In this document: positions 11,666 through 24,110 of the stretch, piece after piece
How the letters are laid out: the number at the start of each line of letters is the position of its first letter
Position numbering within the stretch: the first letter of the stretch is position 1
From: Ignavibacteriota bacterium
Lineage (GTDB): Bacteria > Bacteroidota > Ignavibacteria > UBA10030 > CAVZMI01
Assembly: GCA_963776275.1 (NCBI GenBank)
Contig: CAVZMI010000018.1
Location: 32,001 to 96,000 of the forward strand
Direction: 5' to 3'
Length of the DNA: 64,000 nt
Notes under the pieces: model-generated
What the model saw: only the letters and a program-made list of their open reading frames with translations
Told to the model about the DNA's origin: nothing
The model's database searches: none
Made by a program: the position numbers and the translations under genes

Positions 11666-12157
11666 ATGGATCTATCTTATCTGAAGAAGCTTATCAAACT
11701 CGTCGAGACGAGCGGCATCGGGGAATTAGAATTGGAAGAAGAGGGATCGAAAATCCGCATTGCAAAACCTCCGCACAATTCTTCTCCGGCGCCGGTACAA
11801 TCGCTCCCGGTTTCCACAGCATTTCATCAGAGCCCGCCGGTCATGCCGGCCGCCGCAACCCCGCACATATCAGCGGCGCCCGAAGAACCGATTCAACCCC
11901 CCGAAACCCAGGCAAACATTCATGAAGTAAAATCCCCGATTGTCGGCACATTCTACCGTGCACCCGCTCCCGACGCCGATCCCTATGTTCAGATAGGGCA
12001 GATCGTGGATGTTGGAACAGTACTATGCATCGTAGAAGCGATGAAGCTCATGAATGAAATCGAATCCGATATTGCCGGCCGCATTGTGAAGATTTGTGTC
12101 GAGAATGGCCAGCCGGTTGAGTACAATCAGACCCTTTTCCACATCGAGAAGGGGTAA
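11666..12157 (+). CDS. accB: Acetyl-CoA carboxylase biotin carboxyl carrier protein
   Basis: [21 protein letters not shown] biotinylation motif, Pro/Ala-rich linker. Confidence 0.96.
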   Translation: MDLSYLKKLIKLVETSGIGELELEEEGSKIRIAKPPHNSSPAPVQSLPVSTAFHQSPPVMPAAATPHISAAPEEPIQPPETQANIHEVKSPIVGTFYRAPAPDADPYVQIGQIVDVGTVLCIVEAMKLMNEIESDIAGRIVKICVENGQPVEYNQTLFHIEKG

Positions 12158-12161
12158 TCGT

Positions 12162-13502
12162 TTGTTTAAAAAAATTCTTATTGCCAACAGAGGCGAGATT
12201 GCACTTCGGATACTTCGAGCCTGTCATGAGTTGGGTATTAGAACTGTAGCAATCTACTCGGAAGCAGATCGATATTCGCTCCATGTCCGGTTTGCCGATG
12301 AAGCGGTCTGTATCGGCCCTCCGCCGATCAAAGAGAGTTACCTTAATGTGCCCCGGATTATCGCAGCGGCAGAAATCACGAATGCCGACGCAATCCATCC
12401 CGGTTATGGCTTCCTTTCCGAGAATGCCGCTTTTGCTGAAATTTGCAATTCGTCGGGACTTACCTTTATTGAGCCGAAGCCCGAAATGATTACTGCAATG
12501 GGTGATAAGGCACTCGCACGGGAGACTATGAAAAAAGCCGGCGTTCCGGTTATCCCGGGAAGCGACGGTGTAATAGGTGATTCCAAATCCGGATATGATC
12601 TTGCACATACAATAGGTTTCCCGGTTATCATCAAAGCATCGGCAGGCGGTGGCGGCCGGGGGATGCGTGTTGTTGGGACCGAGGCTGAATTCGAACGGGC
12701 GTTCCAGATGGCCAGCGCTGAGGCGGAATCGGTTTTTGGCAATCCTGCAGTATATATAGAAAAATATGTTGAAGAACCGCATCACGTCGAAATCCAAGTG
12801 CTGGGAGACAGGTTCGGGAATGTAGTTCATCTGGGTGAACGTGACTGCTCGATCCAGCGGCGTCATCAAAAGCTTATCGAAGAGTCGCCTTCCCCCGCCA
12901 TCGATGCTGCTTTACGTGGAATGATGGGCGCTGCGGCGATCAAAGGTGCGAAGAGTGTAAAATATCTCGGTGCCGGCACGATCGAATTTCTTGTCGATAA
13001 GTACAAGAATTTCTATTTTATGGAAATGAATACACGAATTCAGGTGGAACACCCCGTGACCGAGATGGTGACCGGCGTGGATTTAATTAAAGCGCAGATC
13101 GGTATTGCGGCAGGACAAAGGGTGTCATCGATAAAGTTTAAACAACATGGACATGCAATCGAGTGCCGGATCAATGCCGAAGATATTGCGCACGATTTTC
13201 GACCGACACCGGGACGGATTCAAAGTCTGCATCTTCCAGGCGGCTTTGGAGTTCGCGTCGACACCCATATCTATGACGGTTATGAGATTCCATCGTATTA
13301 TGATTCACTTGTAGCAAAATTAATAGTTCACGGCCGCGATCGTGAAGAGGCGCTGAATAAAATGGCAACTGCGCTCGATGAATTTATCGTCGAGGGAATT
13401 CCAACAACAATTCAGTTCCACCAGAAATTGCTACATGAGGAAGAATTTCGTAAAGGAAAATTCGACACATCGTTTCTGACACGCTTCTCATTCAAAGACT
13501 AA
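12162..13502 (+). CDS. accC: Acetyl-CoA carboxylase biotin carboxylase
   Basis: [54 protein letters not shown]; TTG start. Confidence 0.96.
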   Translation: MFKKILIANRGEIALRILRACHELGIRTVAIYSEADRYSLHVRFADEAVCIGPPPIKESYLNVPRIIAAAEITNADAIHPGYGFLSENAAFAEICNSSGLTFIEPKPEMITAMGDKALARETMKKAGVPVIPGSDGVIGDSKSGYDLAHTIGFPVIIKASAGGGGRGMRVVGTEAEFERAFQMASAEAESVFGNPAVYIEKYVEEPHHVEIQVLGDRFGNVVHLGERDCSIQRRHQKLIEESPSPAIDAALRGMMGAAAIKGAKSVKYLGAGTIEFLVDKYKNFYFMEMNTRIQVEHPVTEMVTGVDLIKAQIGIAAGQRVSSIKFKQHGHAIECRINAEDIAHDFRPTPGRIQSLHLPGGFGVRVDTHIYDGYEIPSYYDSLVAKLIVHGRDREEALNKMATALDEFIVEGIPTTIQFHQKLLHEEEFRKGKFDTSFLTRFSFKD

Positions 13503-13512
13503 GGAGACTGCA

Positions 13513-13894
13513 ATGAATTTCCCGGCAGACCTGTATTACACAAAGGACCATGAATGGCTTCGTGTCGACGGTCCGATCAGCTTATATAGGCGTTACAGAT
13601 TATGCCCAGAGTGAACTCGGTAACGTCGTGTTCGTTCAGCTTCCCCCTGTTGGTACGACATTGAAACAACGACAGAGTTTCGGGACCATCGAAGCAGTGA
13701 AAGCAGTGACTGATATTTATGCCCCCGCATCGGGACCAATCATCGAAATCAACAAGAACCTGGAAAAATCGCCCGAGAGCGTCAATAAGGATCCTTATGG
13801 AGCCGGATGGATGTTGAAGATTACGCTGAACGATCCCGGTGAGTTGAAAAATCTTCTGACCGTTGAGCAATACAAAGCGTTAATAGGAAAGTAA
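13513..13894 (+). CDS. gcvH: Glycine cleavage system H protein; frameshift near 13570
   Basis: [20 protein letters not shown] from ATG 13513 (SD AAGGAG), continuing in another frame as [12 protein letters not shown]...IEAVKAV...DPYGAGW. Confidence 0.9.
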
Positions 13895-13896
13895 TA

Positions 13897-15231
13897 ATGA
13901 CATATTTTTCGAATACCGATCAGGATAGGAAAGAAATGCTCGAATCGATCGGTGTGCGATCGTTCGAAGAACTCCTCCGAAACATTCCTCCTGAAGCTCG
14001 TTTGAAAACCGGACTCCGGCTCCCCGCGGCACTCTCTGAATTTGAAATCACGAAAGAATTGAAACTACTTGGGGAAAAGAACCGTGATACCGGTGAATGG
14101 TTGACATTCCTTGGAGGCGGCGCGTACGATCATTACATTCCTGCGGCAATAGCTGCAATTACAAGTCGATCGGAGTTCTACACAGCGTACACGCCGTATC
14201 AAGCCGAAGTAAGTCAGGGAACACTCCAGGCTATCTACGAGTATCAGACGATGATCTGCCGACTTACAGGCATGGACGTCGCCAACGCTTCGATGTATGA
14301 CGGCGGAAGCGCGCTCTCCGAAGCCGTCCTTCTAGCGCTTGGACATACCGGACGCAGTGAAGTAGTAATGGCCGGTAAGATACATCCGCACTATCTCAAA
14401 GTCGTTCGTACATACACTGCAGCAAGAGACGCGCACATCGTTTTGTCGAACGTTGTCGACGGCGGCGCTGCGCTCGATTCGCTTGCAGAAATCGTATCGG
14501 CAAATACCGCATGCGTCGTTGTACAGCAGCCGAATTTCTATGGCATCCTGGAAGAAGTGCATGAAATCGAGAAAATTGCGCATAAATCCGGTGCGCTTTT
14601 CATAGTGGTCGCCGATCCAATCTCGCTCGGCATGCTCGAAGCTCCCGGTAATTACAATGCCGACGTTGTTGTGGGCGAGGGGCAGGGATTGGGAATTGCG
14701 CTCCAGTTTGGCGGGCCGTACCTCGGAATTTTTGCCGTGAAGGAATCTCTCCTGCGCAAACTCCCCGGACGACTATCGGGTATCACGGTTGATGCCGATG
14801 GAAGACGTGGATTTACACTTACTATACAGACGCGTGAACAACATATACGCCGGGAAAAAGCGACATCAAACATCTGTACAAACGAGGGTTTGATGATGTT
14901 GTGCGCAACGGTATATATGGCGTTGATGGGGAAGGAAGGCATATGCGACGTAGCGAGACAATCGGTTCAGAAAAGTCATTACCTGGCTGAAAAGATTGCA
15001 GCTGTGAAGGGGTACCGTATGAAATTCACAAGGCCGTTTTTCAAAGAGTTTGCCGTTGAGACTCCACGTCCGGCGTCGGAGATTGTGCATACGCTTTCCG
15101 AGCGTGGTATTCTGGCAGGAATCGATCTTGCCCGATTCGTCGACGGCGAGACCGGATTACTCATTGCTGTCACCGAAAAACGGACCAGAGAAGAGATGGA
15201 TAGGTTTGTGAACGAGCTCGCCTCGTTTTAG
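13897..15231 (+). CDS. gcvPA: Glycine dehydrogenase (aminomethyl-transferring) subunit 1
   Basis: [47 protein letters not shown]. Confidence 0.95.
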   Translation: MTYFSNTDQDRKEMLESIGVRSFEELLRNIPPEARLKTGLRLPAALSEFEITKELKLLGEKNRDTGEWLTFLGGGAYDHYIPAAIAAITSRSEFYTAYTPYQAEVSQGTLQAIYEYQTMICRLTGMDVANASMYDGGSALSEAVLLALGHTGRSEVVMAGKIHPHYLKVVRTYTAARDAHIVLSNVVDGGAALDSLAEIVSANTACVVVQQPNFYGILEEVHEIEKIAHKSGALFIVVADPISLGMLEAPGNYNADVVVGEGQGLGIALQFGGPYLGIFAVKESLLRKLPGRLSGITVDADGRRGFTLTIQTREQHIRREKATSNICTNEGLMMLCATVYMALMGKEGICDVARQSVQKSHYLAEKIAAVKGYRMKFTRPFFKEFAVETPRPASEIVHTLSERGILAGIDLARFVDGETGLLIAVTEKRTREEMDRFVNELASF

Positions 15232-15242
15232 GGAAAGAAGCC

Positions 15243-16787
15243 ATGCAGCATCCGGAAACGATACTGATTCTTGATTACGGATCTCAATATACGCAGCTGA
15301 TCGCACGTCGTGTACGTGAGTGCGGCGTATATTCCGAGATTCATCCTTTCAATATCACGTCCGATGAAATACGCCGTATTGATCCCTGCGGGATGATACT
15401 TTCGGGAAGGACCAGTCTAGTGTATACGGGCCGGATGCCCCGATTTCTACCGAAAAGATTTATTCTCTCGGCGTTCCGATTCTCGGTATCTGCTACGGTT
15501 TGCAGCTGATTGCCTATCAACTGGGAGGTGAAGTCGACCGGTCCGCGAAGCGCGAGTATGGAAAAGCGGAGATCGAGATCGACAATCATGAAGATCTGTT
15601 TGCCGGTCTGAGCGATCGTCTCACCGTCTGGATGAGTCACGGAGACGCGCTGACGAAGCTTCCGATTGGATTTAATCCGATCGGGCATTCGTCGAATTCG
15701 CCGATCTGCGCCATTAGGAATGCCGAACTGAAAATTTTCGGTGTTCAATTTCACCCTGAAGTTGTACATACGCCCAAAGGTCGCGATATCTTGATGAATT
15801 TTCTTTATAAAATCTGTGGCTGCAAGGGAGGGTGGAACGCGCGCTCGTTCATCGAGAGTGCAATTAGTGAAATTCGTTCCACGGTGGGTGAAGGACAGGT
15901 CATCTGTGCTCTGAGCGGCGGTGTCGACTCGTCGGTGGCGGCAGTATTGCTTCAAAAGGCGGTCAATGATCGCCTCCATTGCATTCACATCGATAACGGG
16001 CTGATGCGGAAGGGGGAAAGCGAGACCGTAGTGAAACTTTTCCGCGATACTTTTCATATCAATCTCATCTACGTTAACGCAACCGATCTCTTCCTCAGCC
16101 GTTTAGCGGGAATAATCGATCCCGAAAAGAAACGGAAAATCATCGGAAGTACTTTCATAGAAATTTTTGAAACGGAAGCGAAAAAAATCGGTTCCGTGCA
16201 TTTCCTCGCTCAAGGAACGCTATATCCTGATGTGATCGAATCGGTGTCGTTTAAAGGGCCTTCGGTTACGATCAAAACCCATCATAATGTCGGCGGACTG
16301 CCCGATATCATGAACTTGAAATTGATCGAACCTTTCAGGGAATTGTTCAAAGACGAAGTCCGGACAGTCGGGAGACAGCTTGCGCTTCCGGAAGAATTTC
16401 TAAAACGACATCCGTTTCCTGAACGGGACTAGCCGTAAGGATTCTCGGAGAGATTACAAAGGATCGTCTCGCAATTCTCCGTGAGGCAGAGGAAATCTTA
16501 ATTGAAGAAATTCGGAAAGCAAATCTGTATGATATTATCTGGCAGGCCTTCGCTGTGTTGTTGCCGGTCCGCTCGGTCGGTGTAATGGGGGACGAACGGG
16601 CAGCTACGATTATACGATCGCCCTGCGTGCTGTGTACAGCGTCGACGGCATGACGGCCGATTGGGCCCGGATACCCGACGATGTGCTGGCTAAGATATCA
16701 AACCGTATTTCAAATGAAGTCCGCGGTGTGAACCGTGTTGTATACGATATCAGCTCAAAACCTCCGGCGACGATCGAATGGGAATGA
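15243..16787 (+). CDS. guaA: GMP synthase (glutamine-hydrolysing); indels near 15410, 16420 and 16600
   Basis: [72 protein letters not shown] stop, spread over several frames. Confidence 0.93.
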
Positions 16788-17506
16788 TTCTTCTTTCACG
16801 GCTGACAAAAAAGTTTCAGGATCTGGTTGCCGTCGATGCACTCGATCTGCAGATCCAGCAGGGTGAATTCTTCGGATTCCTCGGTCCGAATGGCGCAGGA
16901 AAAACTACCACCATTAAAATGATGACCGGTTTGTTCGCTCCGACAAGCGGGAGTATTACGATCAATGGCTTCGATGTCCAGAAGGAGCCCCTGAAGGCAA
17001 AAATGAATATCGGTTATGTGCCGGATCAACCGTTCCTGTATGATAAACTGACGGGACGGGAGTTTCTATACTTCATGGGTGGTCTGTTTTCGATGTCGAA
17101 GACCGATATTGAGCGAAGAATTGCACAATTGATCGAACTGTTTGAAATCAATTCATGGATCGATAAAAGGACAGAAGATTATTCTCAGGGGATGCGTCAA
17201 CGGATAACGATCGGTTCGGCGCTTCTTCACGATCCGAAGGTCATCATTATTGACGAGCCGATGATCGGTCTGGATCCGCGGAGTGCAAAAATTGTAAAAG
17301 AGACATTAAAACGAAAGACGGTTGAAGAAGGATTAACGGTCTTCATGTCGACGCACAGTCTCCCGACTGTAGAAGAATTGTGTACTCGCGTTGGGATTAT
17401 TAATAATGGGCGATTGATTTTCGACAATTCGATTGATCAGATTCGCGCGCGCAAACTGGAAATCGGCGGCAAATTTGAGGATATCTTCCTCGCACTCACA
17501 AAATGA
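16784..17506 (+). CDS. ABC transporter ATP-binding protein
   Basis: Walker [10 protein letters not shown], signature YSQGMRQR, Walker B IIIDEP; ATGA overlap with the guaA stop. Confidence 0.93.
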   Translation: MILLSRLTKKFQDLVAVDALDLQIQQGEFFGFLGPNGAGKTTTIKMMTGLFAPTSGSITINGFDVQKEPLKAKMNIGYVPDQPFLYDKLTGREFLYFMGGLFSMSKTDIERRIAQLIELFEINSWIDKRTEDYSQGMRQRITIGSALLHDPKVIIIDEPMIGLDPRSAKIVKETLKRKTVEEGLTVFMSTHSLPTVEELCTRVGIINNGRLIFDNSIDQIRARKLEIGGKFEDIFLALTK

Positions 17507-17507
17507 T

Positions 17508-19196
17508 ATGCATCAGTTTCTCCTCATCCTGTATTATAAAGCTAAATCTTCCCTCCATGGTATTCTTGAGGGAAAAAGGGGCGGCACAACCAAGAACATC
17601 TCATCATTGATCATCTATGCCAGTTTTACAGTTGCCACCTTCCATTTTTCCCATTTCATCACTCATTACCTGCTCGATGTCTGGAGAATCGGTCTTTACC
17701 TTTTTCATCAATTTATGATAATGGGACTGTTTGTATTTTTCATGACCATCAGCCTGGGAAACATGATTGTATCGTATGCCACACTCTATCGATCGTACGA
17801 AGTAAATTTTTTAATGACCCAACCTATTTCCCATCAAAAAGTGTTTCTATTGAAATTCTTGGATAATTTTTTTTACAGTTCATCGACGCTCATTCTCATC
17901 GGTTGTGCGGTTCTTGGAGGATATGGTTCATATTTCGGGTTTCAGTGGTCGACGTTCGTCTTCTTAATGGTCGCAGTGCTGTTTCCATTCATGGTGATAG
18001 CCGCATGCATCGGTGTATCTCTTTTGCTCATGCTGCTGCTGTGGACACGGTACATCAACCCGCGGAAACTCATCGGGATCGTCATTTGTGGATATCTTCT
18101 CTGTGTCTATATCTACTTTCGGACCAATAATCCCTTCACGTTGGTTAATGAAGTGATGAAATATTATCCCAATATCGATCAATATTTTTTCCAAATCCAA
18201 CGTCCGTCATTATTGCTGTTACCGAATCAATGGGTCGGAGAGATTTTTTATTTTTGCGCGTACCGGTCCTTCTACGGCGCCATCCCGTTTCTTGTGTTGC
18301 TTATCGGGGTCTCCATTGGAATGGTCATCGGGGTATTTTTCATTGCGCGGAAATATTATTATCGAAGCTGGCTCCTTGCCATTGAACTCAGGGCTCATAC
18401 ACCGGGGCGTATTGCACGGTTGATTACTTTTTTTGGTTTCCGGTCGCGATCGTTCTGGGGGGCACAGACTGAGGTGATGTTGAAAAAAGAATGCTGGACA
18501 TTTTTACGTGAACCAAGCCAGTGGCTTCATCTCTTAATTCTTCTCTTCCTCACGTTCGTTTTTATATTTGGAGTAAGCGGAGCGCGCTATCGGGCGGGAA
18601 ATCCAACGTTACAGACCGTCTCGTATCTGACGATTTATCTTTTTAACGGCTTTCTGATTTCGTCCATGGCGCTGCGGTTTCTCTTTCCGTCGATCAGCCT
18701 TGAAGGGGAAATGCTCTGGACACTCCGTTCATCTCCGCTCCGGATGAACAAAGTGCTCTGGATGAAATTCGGGATCGGTTTAATTGGTGTGCTTGCTCTT
18801 GCGATTCCTCTCTCGTATCTCAGTATGTATCCATGGCGCTTATTTCCGCCTTTAGTGTGGTTTGCTGTCGGGAATGCAATCATCATGTCAGTCGGATTTG
18901 TCGGACTGAATTTAGGGATGGGGGGAGTGTTTGCAGATTTTCGCGAGAAAAATCCAGTTCGTATAGCTTCATCGCGAGGTGCTTCGTTGTCTTTCCTTTT
19001 GAGTCTCGGGTACCTCGCTGTTATTGTCATTGTAGCGATCGTTCCGATACGGGAATTCTATTTCCATGTTCTTCTCGGAACGCATCCATCTTCTATGAAT
19101 CTGGCGATCGGTAGCGGATTCACGGTTTTTATCACATATGTTATCATCGGGGGTGCCCTGAAAGCTGCACGGAGCGCTCTCCGCCGCGATGTGTGA
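17508..19196 (+). CDS. Putative ABC-2 type exporter permease
   Basis: Many hydrophobic TM segments, FPSISLEG..LW.LRSSP motif, directly after the ABC ATPase. Confidence 0.8.
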   Translation: MHQFLLILYYKAKSSLHGILEGKRGGTTKNISSLIIYASFTVATFHFSHFITHYLLDVWRIGLYLFHQFMIMGLFVFFMTISLGNMIVSYATLYRSYEVNFLMTQPISHQKVFLLKFLDNFFYSSSTLILIGCAVLGGYGSYFGFQWSTFVFLMVAVLFPFMVIAACIGVSLLLMLLLWTRYINPRKLIGIVICGYLLCVYIYFRTNNPFTLVNEVMKYYPNIDQYFFQIQRPSLLLLPNQWVGEIFYFCAYRSFYGAIPFLVLLIGVSIGMVIGVFFIARKYYYRSWLLAIELRAHTPGRIARLITFFGFRSRSFWGAQTEVMLKKECWTFLREPSQWLHLLILLFLTFVFIFGVSGARYRAGNPTLQTVSYLTIYLFNGFLISSMALRFLFPSISLEGEMLWTLRSSPLRMNKVLWMKFGIGLIGVLALAIPLSYLSMYPWRLFPPLVWFAVGNAIIMSVGFVGLNLGMGGVFADFREKNPVRIASSRGASLSFLLSLGYLAVIVIVAIVPIREFYFHVLLGTHPSSMNLAIGSGFTVFITYVIIGGALKAARSALRRDV

Positions 19197-19259
19197 TATA
19201 CGCGGTTGCTTCTGAAATATAAATGTGTATTTTGTGTGCGAAACTGTTATTTCATTGCC

Positions 19260-20138
19260 ATGGATGACCTGTACCTTCAACCACTCTTCGACCGCGCCCG
19301 GGCCTGTGTAACGGAAGAAAAATTTCTTCATGCAGTCCAATTTTATCGCCGTATTCTCTCCGCAGATCGACGTAATGAAGATGCATATTTCGAGCTCTCC
19401 GCTCTTTTTGTGAAAATGAAAAATCCTTCTGCAGCTGCGCTGGTTCTCGAAGAAGCACTCTATAATTGCGGTGAAAATGCCGAGATTTTGTTCGCAATCG
19501 GCACATTTCATCTACAACAGGGAAACTCATCGAAAGCGCTGGAATTTTTCAAAAAATTGGAAGCTGCAAGAAAACCGGACGTATTTTTCAACATGGGACT
19601 TGCATACTCCAATCAGAACAATCCACGCTACGCCGAAAAGTACTTCCGCCTTGCGTATCACTATGATCCCACATTTCCTAAAATTCATGAAATTCTCGGC
19701 GAGTTGCTTCTCCAGCGAAAAGCGTACGCTGAAGCCATATCGTTTCTTCATAGGGCTCTTGAGGTGGATCAATACAGCTGGATGGCGCATTACCTTGTCG
19801 GTCAGTGTTACGCCGGAATCTACAACTGGAAGGCGGCGTTTGAGGAATTTACTATAGCAATCGATATGGGCGGGAATGAAGCTCAAATCTGGCAGCGGTG
19901 CGGACAATGCCTTCTTCAACTGCGACGATATGATGAGGCGGAACAGTATCTGAACAAAGCTCTCGGCCTCGATCCGCATCTGGCAGCTACCTACGCGGAT
20001 GTCGGGTTCCTCCATCTGTATCGCGGAGAAATAGATACCGCAATCATCAATTTTGAAACAGCACTTGCTCTTCAACCTGGATTCCCGCCGGCACTTGAAG
20101 GGAAACGCACTGCTTCTGTCATTCAACAACGTCAATGA
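19260..20138 (+). CDS. Tetratricopeptide repeat protein
   Basis: Repeated TPR patterns (AYFEL, LG..Y...G...KA...F, AL..DP). Confidence 0.85.
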   Translation: MDDLYLQPLFDRARACVTEEKFLHAVQFYRRILSADRRNEDAYFELSALFVKMKNPSAAALVLEEALYNCGENAEILFAIGTFHLQQGNSSKALEFFKKLEAARKPDVFFNMGLAYSNQNNPRYAEKYFRLAYHYDPTFPKIHEILGELLLQRKAYAEAISFLHRALEVDQYSWMAHYLVGQCYAGIYNWKAAFEEFTIAIDMGGNEAQIWQRCGQCLLQLRRYDEAEQYLNKALGLDPHLAATYADVGFLHLYRGEIDTAIINFETALALQPGFPPALEGKRTASVIQQRQ

Positions 20139-22129
20139 TGAAATCCGTTTATATTTGTATTGTCCTTCTACTCTCTCCTATGGCAAGACTGGGTGCACAG
20201 GAGACTATTCCGTATAATCAACAGGCGGAAATTTATTTTATACAGGCGTTGACGAATTTTGAACAACAGAATTTCATCGCAGCCGCAATGATGTTTCAGC
20301 AGGTAGAGAAGGATTTTCCGCTTCATCAGCGCACAACGGCTGCCATCATCATGGAGGCAAAGTCGCTGTTTCATCTCGAGAGATACGACTCATCGATTCA
20401 GGTGCTTGGCGGTTTTCTCCGCCGATTTCCAAACAGCTCTTATGTTGATGACGCTCGCTTCACTCTCGCCCAGAATTACTATATTCAACGTCGGTATCGC
20501 GACATCGTTCCTGAAATGCTTTCTATCATCGAGAGTTCAGATGATTCTGTTCTGATCGACCATGCCGAGGATCTATTAACGACGACAGGTGTATTTCACC
20601 TGCCAATGGATGAGATTAACGATCTCACTTCGCAGGCCAGGAATCAACCGGCCATTGTCGTCACAGGAAAAATCCTCGCGCAAAAATATGCTCTTGAAGG
20701 AGAATTCACAAAAGCAAGCGAGGTAATCAGGCACCATCATCAGACAATATCCACATGAACCCCGACGTCAGCGTCTGGACTCGCTGCTGACAATCTATCA
20801 GCGGGGAACAAAAATTAAAATTGGACTACTTCTTCCTTTTCTCGGCGGAATTTCACAGGCTTCCGATCACGCGTTATCCTCTGAAATTCTCGAGGGTTCA
20901 AAATATGCTGCTGAAGAATTCAACCGTTCCTCTACTGTACATGTCAGCCTTGAAACCCGGGATACCCGGAGTGATCTTGTTAAAATAGCGAAAGAAATCG
21001 AGGAGCTTGCCGCAGATTCTGAGGTGATAGGAGTGATCGGACGGTTTTCAGTGACGAAGTGGAAGTGGCGGCACGGGTCGCCGTTCTCAACTCGCTACCA
21101 CTGGTGACCCCCACGGCGACTGCGATCGGTCTTACACGGTGGGGGAGAGAGATATTTCAGGCAAACCCAGATTATATAATTCGCGGTGCATTGATGGCAC
21201 AATTTGCCGTTGAACAATTGGGTTTGAGGACCTTTGCCGTGCTCAATTCGACAGAGGAGTTCAGCACACAGATGGCGGATGCGTTCATCGATGAAGTGCG
21301 GCGGCGAGGGGCACAGGTCGTTGTACGCAAAAGTTATGAACACGGAGGCGAGGATCTGCAGAAACAGATGACCGCGATACGCGAAGAGAGTTTCTTAATG
21401 CAGTATCAGCCGACGATTACTTTCTCGTCAAAGATGAAAAAGAACGAGATCATGAAATTCCTGAAAGCGGGAATATCGCAGATGTCGATTGATTCGCTCA
21501 TCGATCGTAACGCTACCGTTACCGCCGGAGAGCTTCTCGGTCCGAAATGGAAGGCTCTTATTGATTCACTTCGCCTCCCCGTAACCCGTCCTGTCATGGA
21601 TACTATAGAACTGCAAACGCCCGTATCGGGTATTGAGGCGCTCTATGCACCGATAGCCTCTCCTGATGAAATTGGCATCATCGGCGCACAGCTCACTTAT
21701 TATAATATACATACGCAGCTTCTGGGATCTGGTGATTGGTATCGGCTTGAGGAACTTGATGCCAACAGCCGGTACGTCAATGGTGTCTATTTTGATGCCG
21801 ACAACTATACATCGAGAGATGATCCTGAGTACAATCAATTTGCCCCCTCATTTCAGAAAGCTACCGGAAAACAACCGACAAAAAATAATATCATCGGCTA
21901 CGATATAATGAAAATGATCCTCTCATTGATTGATGAGAGGAATCTCAATCGTGCCGAGTTCCTCCATCGACTCTCGACACTCACTCAGTATCGCTCTTTG
22001 CATTCCATCATCTCGTTTACCAAAGAGCGCGTCAACGGATCATTGACCATTCTTCAGTATAAGAATGGACAGATTAAAGAAGTGATACACGAGTTCTGGA
22101 AAGGAGAATCGCAAAACGAGTCGAAATAA
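20135..22129 (+). CDS. Secreted BamD-like TPR plus periplasmic-binding (LppC/LpoA-like) domain protein; frameshifts near 20750 and 21045
   Basis: Signal peptide; FP.SSYVDDA TPR; KIGLLLPF segment between the two ORFs; LPLVTPTAT, QLLGSGDW and GYDIMK periplasmic-binding features. Confidence 0.65.
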
Positions 22130-22835
22130 ATCCTCCGGATCCAAACAGCCACTATATCACACTCGTATTAAAGATTGGCCGTCGGGTGAGAGACCAAGGG
22201 AGAAGCTTCTCAAACGCGGGGTCGAATCGCTTTCTGATGCCGAGCTCCTGGCGATCATAATCGGATCGGGGAGCCGGGGAGTGACGGCCCTCGACCTTGC
22301 GCAAACGCTGCTCAGGGAGGTAGGAGGTTTGCAGGCGTTGGGCGAGAAAGACCATCAATTACTTCAAAAGTACAAGGGGATCGGTCAAACACGCTCAATA
22401 ACGCTTGCGGCGCTTTTCGAGCTTTCACGCCGCATTCAATCGTCTGGCACTCAGGAATTTCCCACGATCAATTCGCCCGAGGAGGTAGCGGCCATGTTTA
22501 TTCCGCGATTTCGCGGCATCCAACAGGAACGGTTCTATGTCCTTCATTTGAATAGCGCCAATCTGGTTGTACGTGAAGTTGAAATCAGTCGCGGGATATT
22601 GAATACAAGTCTTGTGCACCCGCGGGAGGTTTTTAGTTCGGCGGTCATCGATCGGGCGGCATCGCTGATTTTAGTCCATAATCATCCCAGTGGGAATCCG
22701 GAACCGAGTGAAGAAGACCGTTCTGTAACCGCGCAAATTGTGGAATCGGGACGGATTCTTGGAATTCCCGTCCATGATCATGTGATAATTGCCGGGAACG
22801 GATATATGAGTTTTCGTAGTCGTAATTTAATGTAA
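22116..22835 (+). CDS. radC: RadC / JAB domain protein; start unresolved (no ATG/GTG/TTG before the conserved N-terminus)
   Basis: IKDWPSGERPREKL...LSDAELLAI upstream of the track ORF; VHPREVF, HNHPSG.PEPS..D, DHVII. Confidence 0.9.
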   Translation, partial: TSRNKSSGSKQPLYHTRIKDWPSGERPREKLLKRGVESLSDAELLAIIIGSGSRGVTALDLAQTLLREVGGLQALGEKDHQLLQKYKGIGQTRSITLAALFELSRRIQSSGTQEFPTINSPEEVAAMFIPRFRGIQQERFYVLHLNSANLVVREVEISRGILNTSLVHPREVFSSAVIDRAASLILVHNHPSGNPEPSEEDRSVTAQIVESGRILGIPVHDHVIIAGNGYMSFRSRNLM

Positions 22836-22882
22836 TTTCATTATGTAATCAGCTATATTGGGTTTATCTATTAAGATTTTGC

Positions 22883-22911
22883 TTGACAAAGAAGCACTCT
22901 TTTCTTATAAT
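22883..22911 (+). promoter_or_regulatory. Perfect-consensus sigma70 promoter
   Basis: TTGACA-N17-TATAAT; SD AGGAGG before the ATG at 22989. Confidence 0.85.
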
Positions 22912-22988
22912 ATCTTCACATAAAAATGAAGTGGCATTTTTTGTGAGATACATTATCTTCACCATAACCCACAATTAGGAGGGGCTAT

Positions 22989-23264
22989 ATGCAAAAACTG
23001 TTGAACTTGTCAACGACATTTCTCATCATGGGGCTGTTGGCAGGCTCGTTACTGGTATCAGGATGTACCAGCCGGGCCAGTGAAGAGGAGATGAAGACGC
23101 TGAGCGATACAAAGGCCGAAGTCGCTTCTCTGAATAAGGAAATGAGTCAGAAAGAACGCGACAAAGCGGCATTGGATCGTGAAGTTGCCGAGAAAGATGG
23201 AAAGTGTCAGCAATGTGCAAAAGATCAAGAAGCGGTAAAAGCTCGTCTGCAAAACTGGAAATAA
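22989..23264 (+). CDS. Small coiled-coil lipoprotein (Lpp/OprI-like architecture)
   Basis: Lipobox VSGC; heptad helical mature part; C-terminal Lys. Confidence 0.75.
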   Translation: MQKLLNLSTTFLIMGLLAGSLLVSGCTSRASEEEMKTLSDTKAEVASLNKEMSQKERDKAALDREVAEKDGKCQQCAKDQEAVKARLQNWK

Positions 23265-23303
23265 GTAACCAGACCAACGAAAAATCAAACAGGAGTTTAA
23301 AGA

Positions 23304-24080
23304 ATGAAAAAGATGATGGTTGTACTCGTTGCTCTCGTGGTTACACTCGGTTTTACAGTGAGTGCGTTCGCACAAGAGGAACGATTGGAAAAAGAAGTTT
23401 GGCAGAAGCAGATGAATGAACAGGCGTCGCTTCGAAACGATGCAAAAGCCAAACTCGAAAAATTGAATGCCGATATCGCCGCTCTGAAACAGCAATCGGT
23501 GCAAAAAGATGTCGATATGAAGAAATGCGCAGGAGAGCTTCTTGCTCTCGTCGATGCGACACAGGCCGATGTCGATGCCTATGAAGTAAAAGTTGCGGCT
23601 CTCGAAGGAAAAGTCAACGACCTCTCCCGGGTTTCAAATGAGGATCTCCTCAGCCGGAAAGCGGAGCTCGACGATGCACAGAAAGCACTTAATGAATTAA
23701 AAGCAAGCAAACTGAGCCTTCTCCCGGCATTCTACGATCGGCTTGCTGCACTGCAGCAGAAGGTCGACGGTTTGAAGGGTACATTGTCTTCAATGGAAAA
23801 GTTCTATACCGTCGGTACATGGGCGAAAGATCGCGATTGCCTCTGGAACATTTCCAAGAAGAAAGATATTTATGCAAATCCCTTCATGTGGCCAAAGATC
23901 TGGCAGGGAAATCGCGACAAGATTAAAGATCCCGATGTGATCCACAAAGGTCAGAAGTTAAAAATCCCGAATGCTGCACCTATGAGCGCCGATGAAAAGA
24001 AAGCCGCGAACAAATATTATCGTTCGAAAGCTGCGGCAGCAGCCCCAGCTCCGGCTCCGGCAAAGAAAGAAGGGAAATAG
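23304..24080 (+). CDS. Secreted coiled-coil plus LysM peptidoglycan-binding protein
   Basis: Signal peptide ending AFA; long coiled coil; YTV...DCLWNIS...WPKIWQGNRDKIKDPDVIHKGQKLKIP LysM. Confidence 0.85.
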   Translation: MKKMMVVLVALVVTLGFTVSAFAQEERLEKEVWQKQMNEQASLRNDAKAKLEKLNADIAALKQQSVQKDVDMKKCAGELLALVDATQADVDAYEVKVAALEGKVNDLSRVSNEDLLSRKAELDDAQKALNELKASKLSLLPAFYDRLAALQQKVDGLKGTLSSMEKFYTVGTWAKDRDCLWNISKKKDIYANPFMWPKIWQGNRDKIKDPDVIHKGQKLKIPNAAPMSADEKKAANKYYRSKAAAAAPAPAPAKKEGK

Positions 24081-24110
24081 GCTTCGACGGTTTTTAAACC
24101 TTTGAATGTA

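Noticed and set aside
15243-16787. guaA as a pseudogene or programmed frameshift
   Set aside because: Several scattered single-base indels with otherwise intact motifs. The same pattern occurs in purM, gcvH, PFOR and others, pointing to sequencing or assembly error.
22116-22835. radC as a marker of a mobile or defence island
   Set aside because: Full-length chromosomal type with the N-terminal HhH region, embedded in a core operon, with no integrase or transposase nearby.
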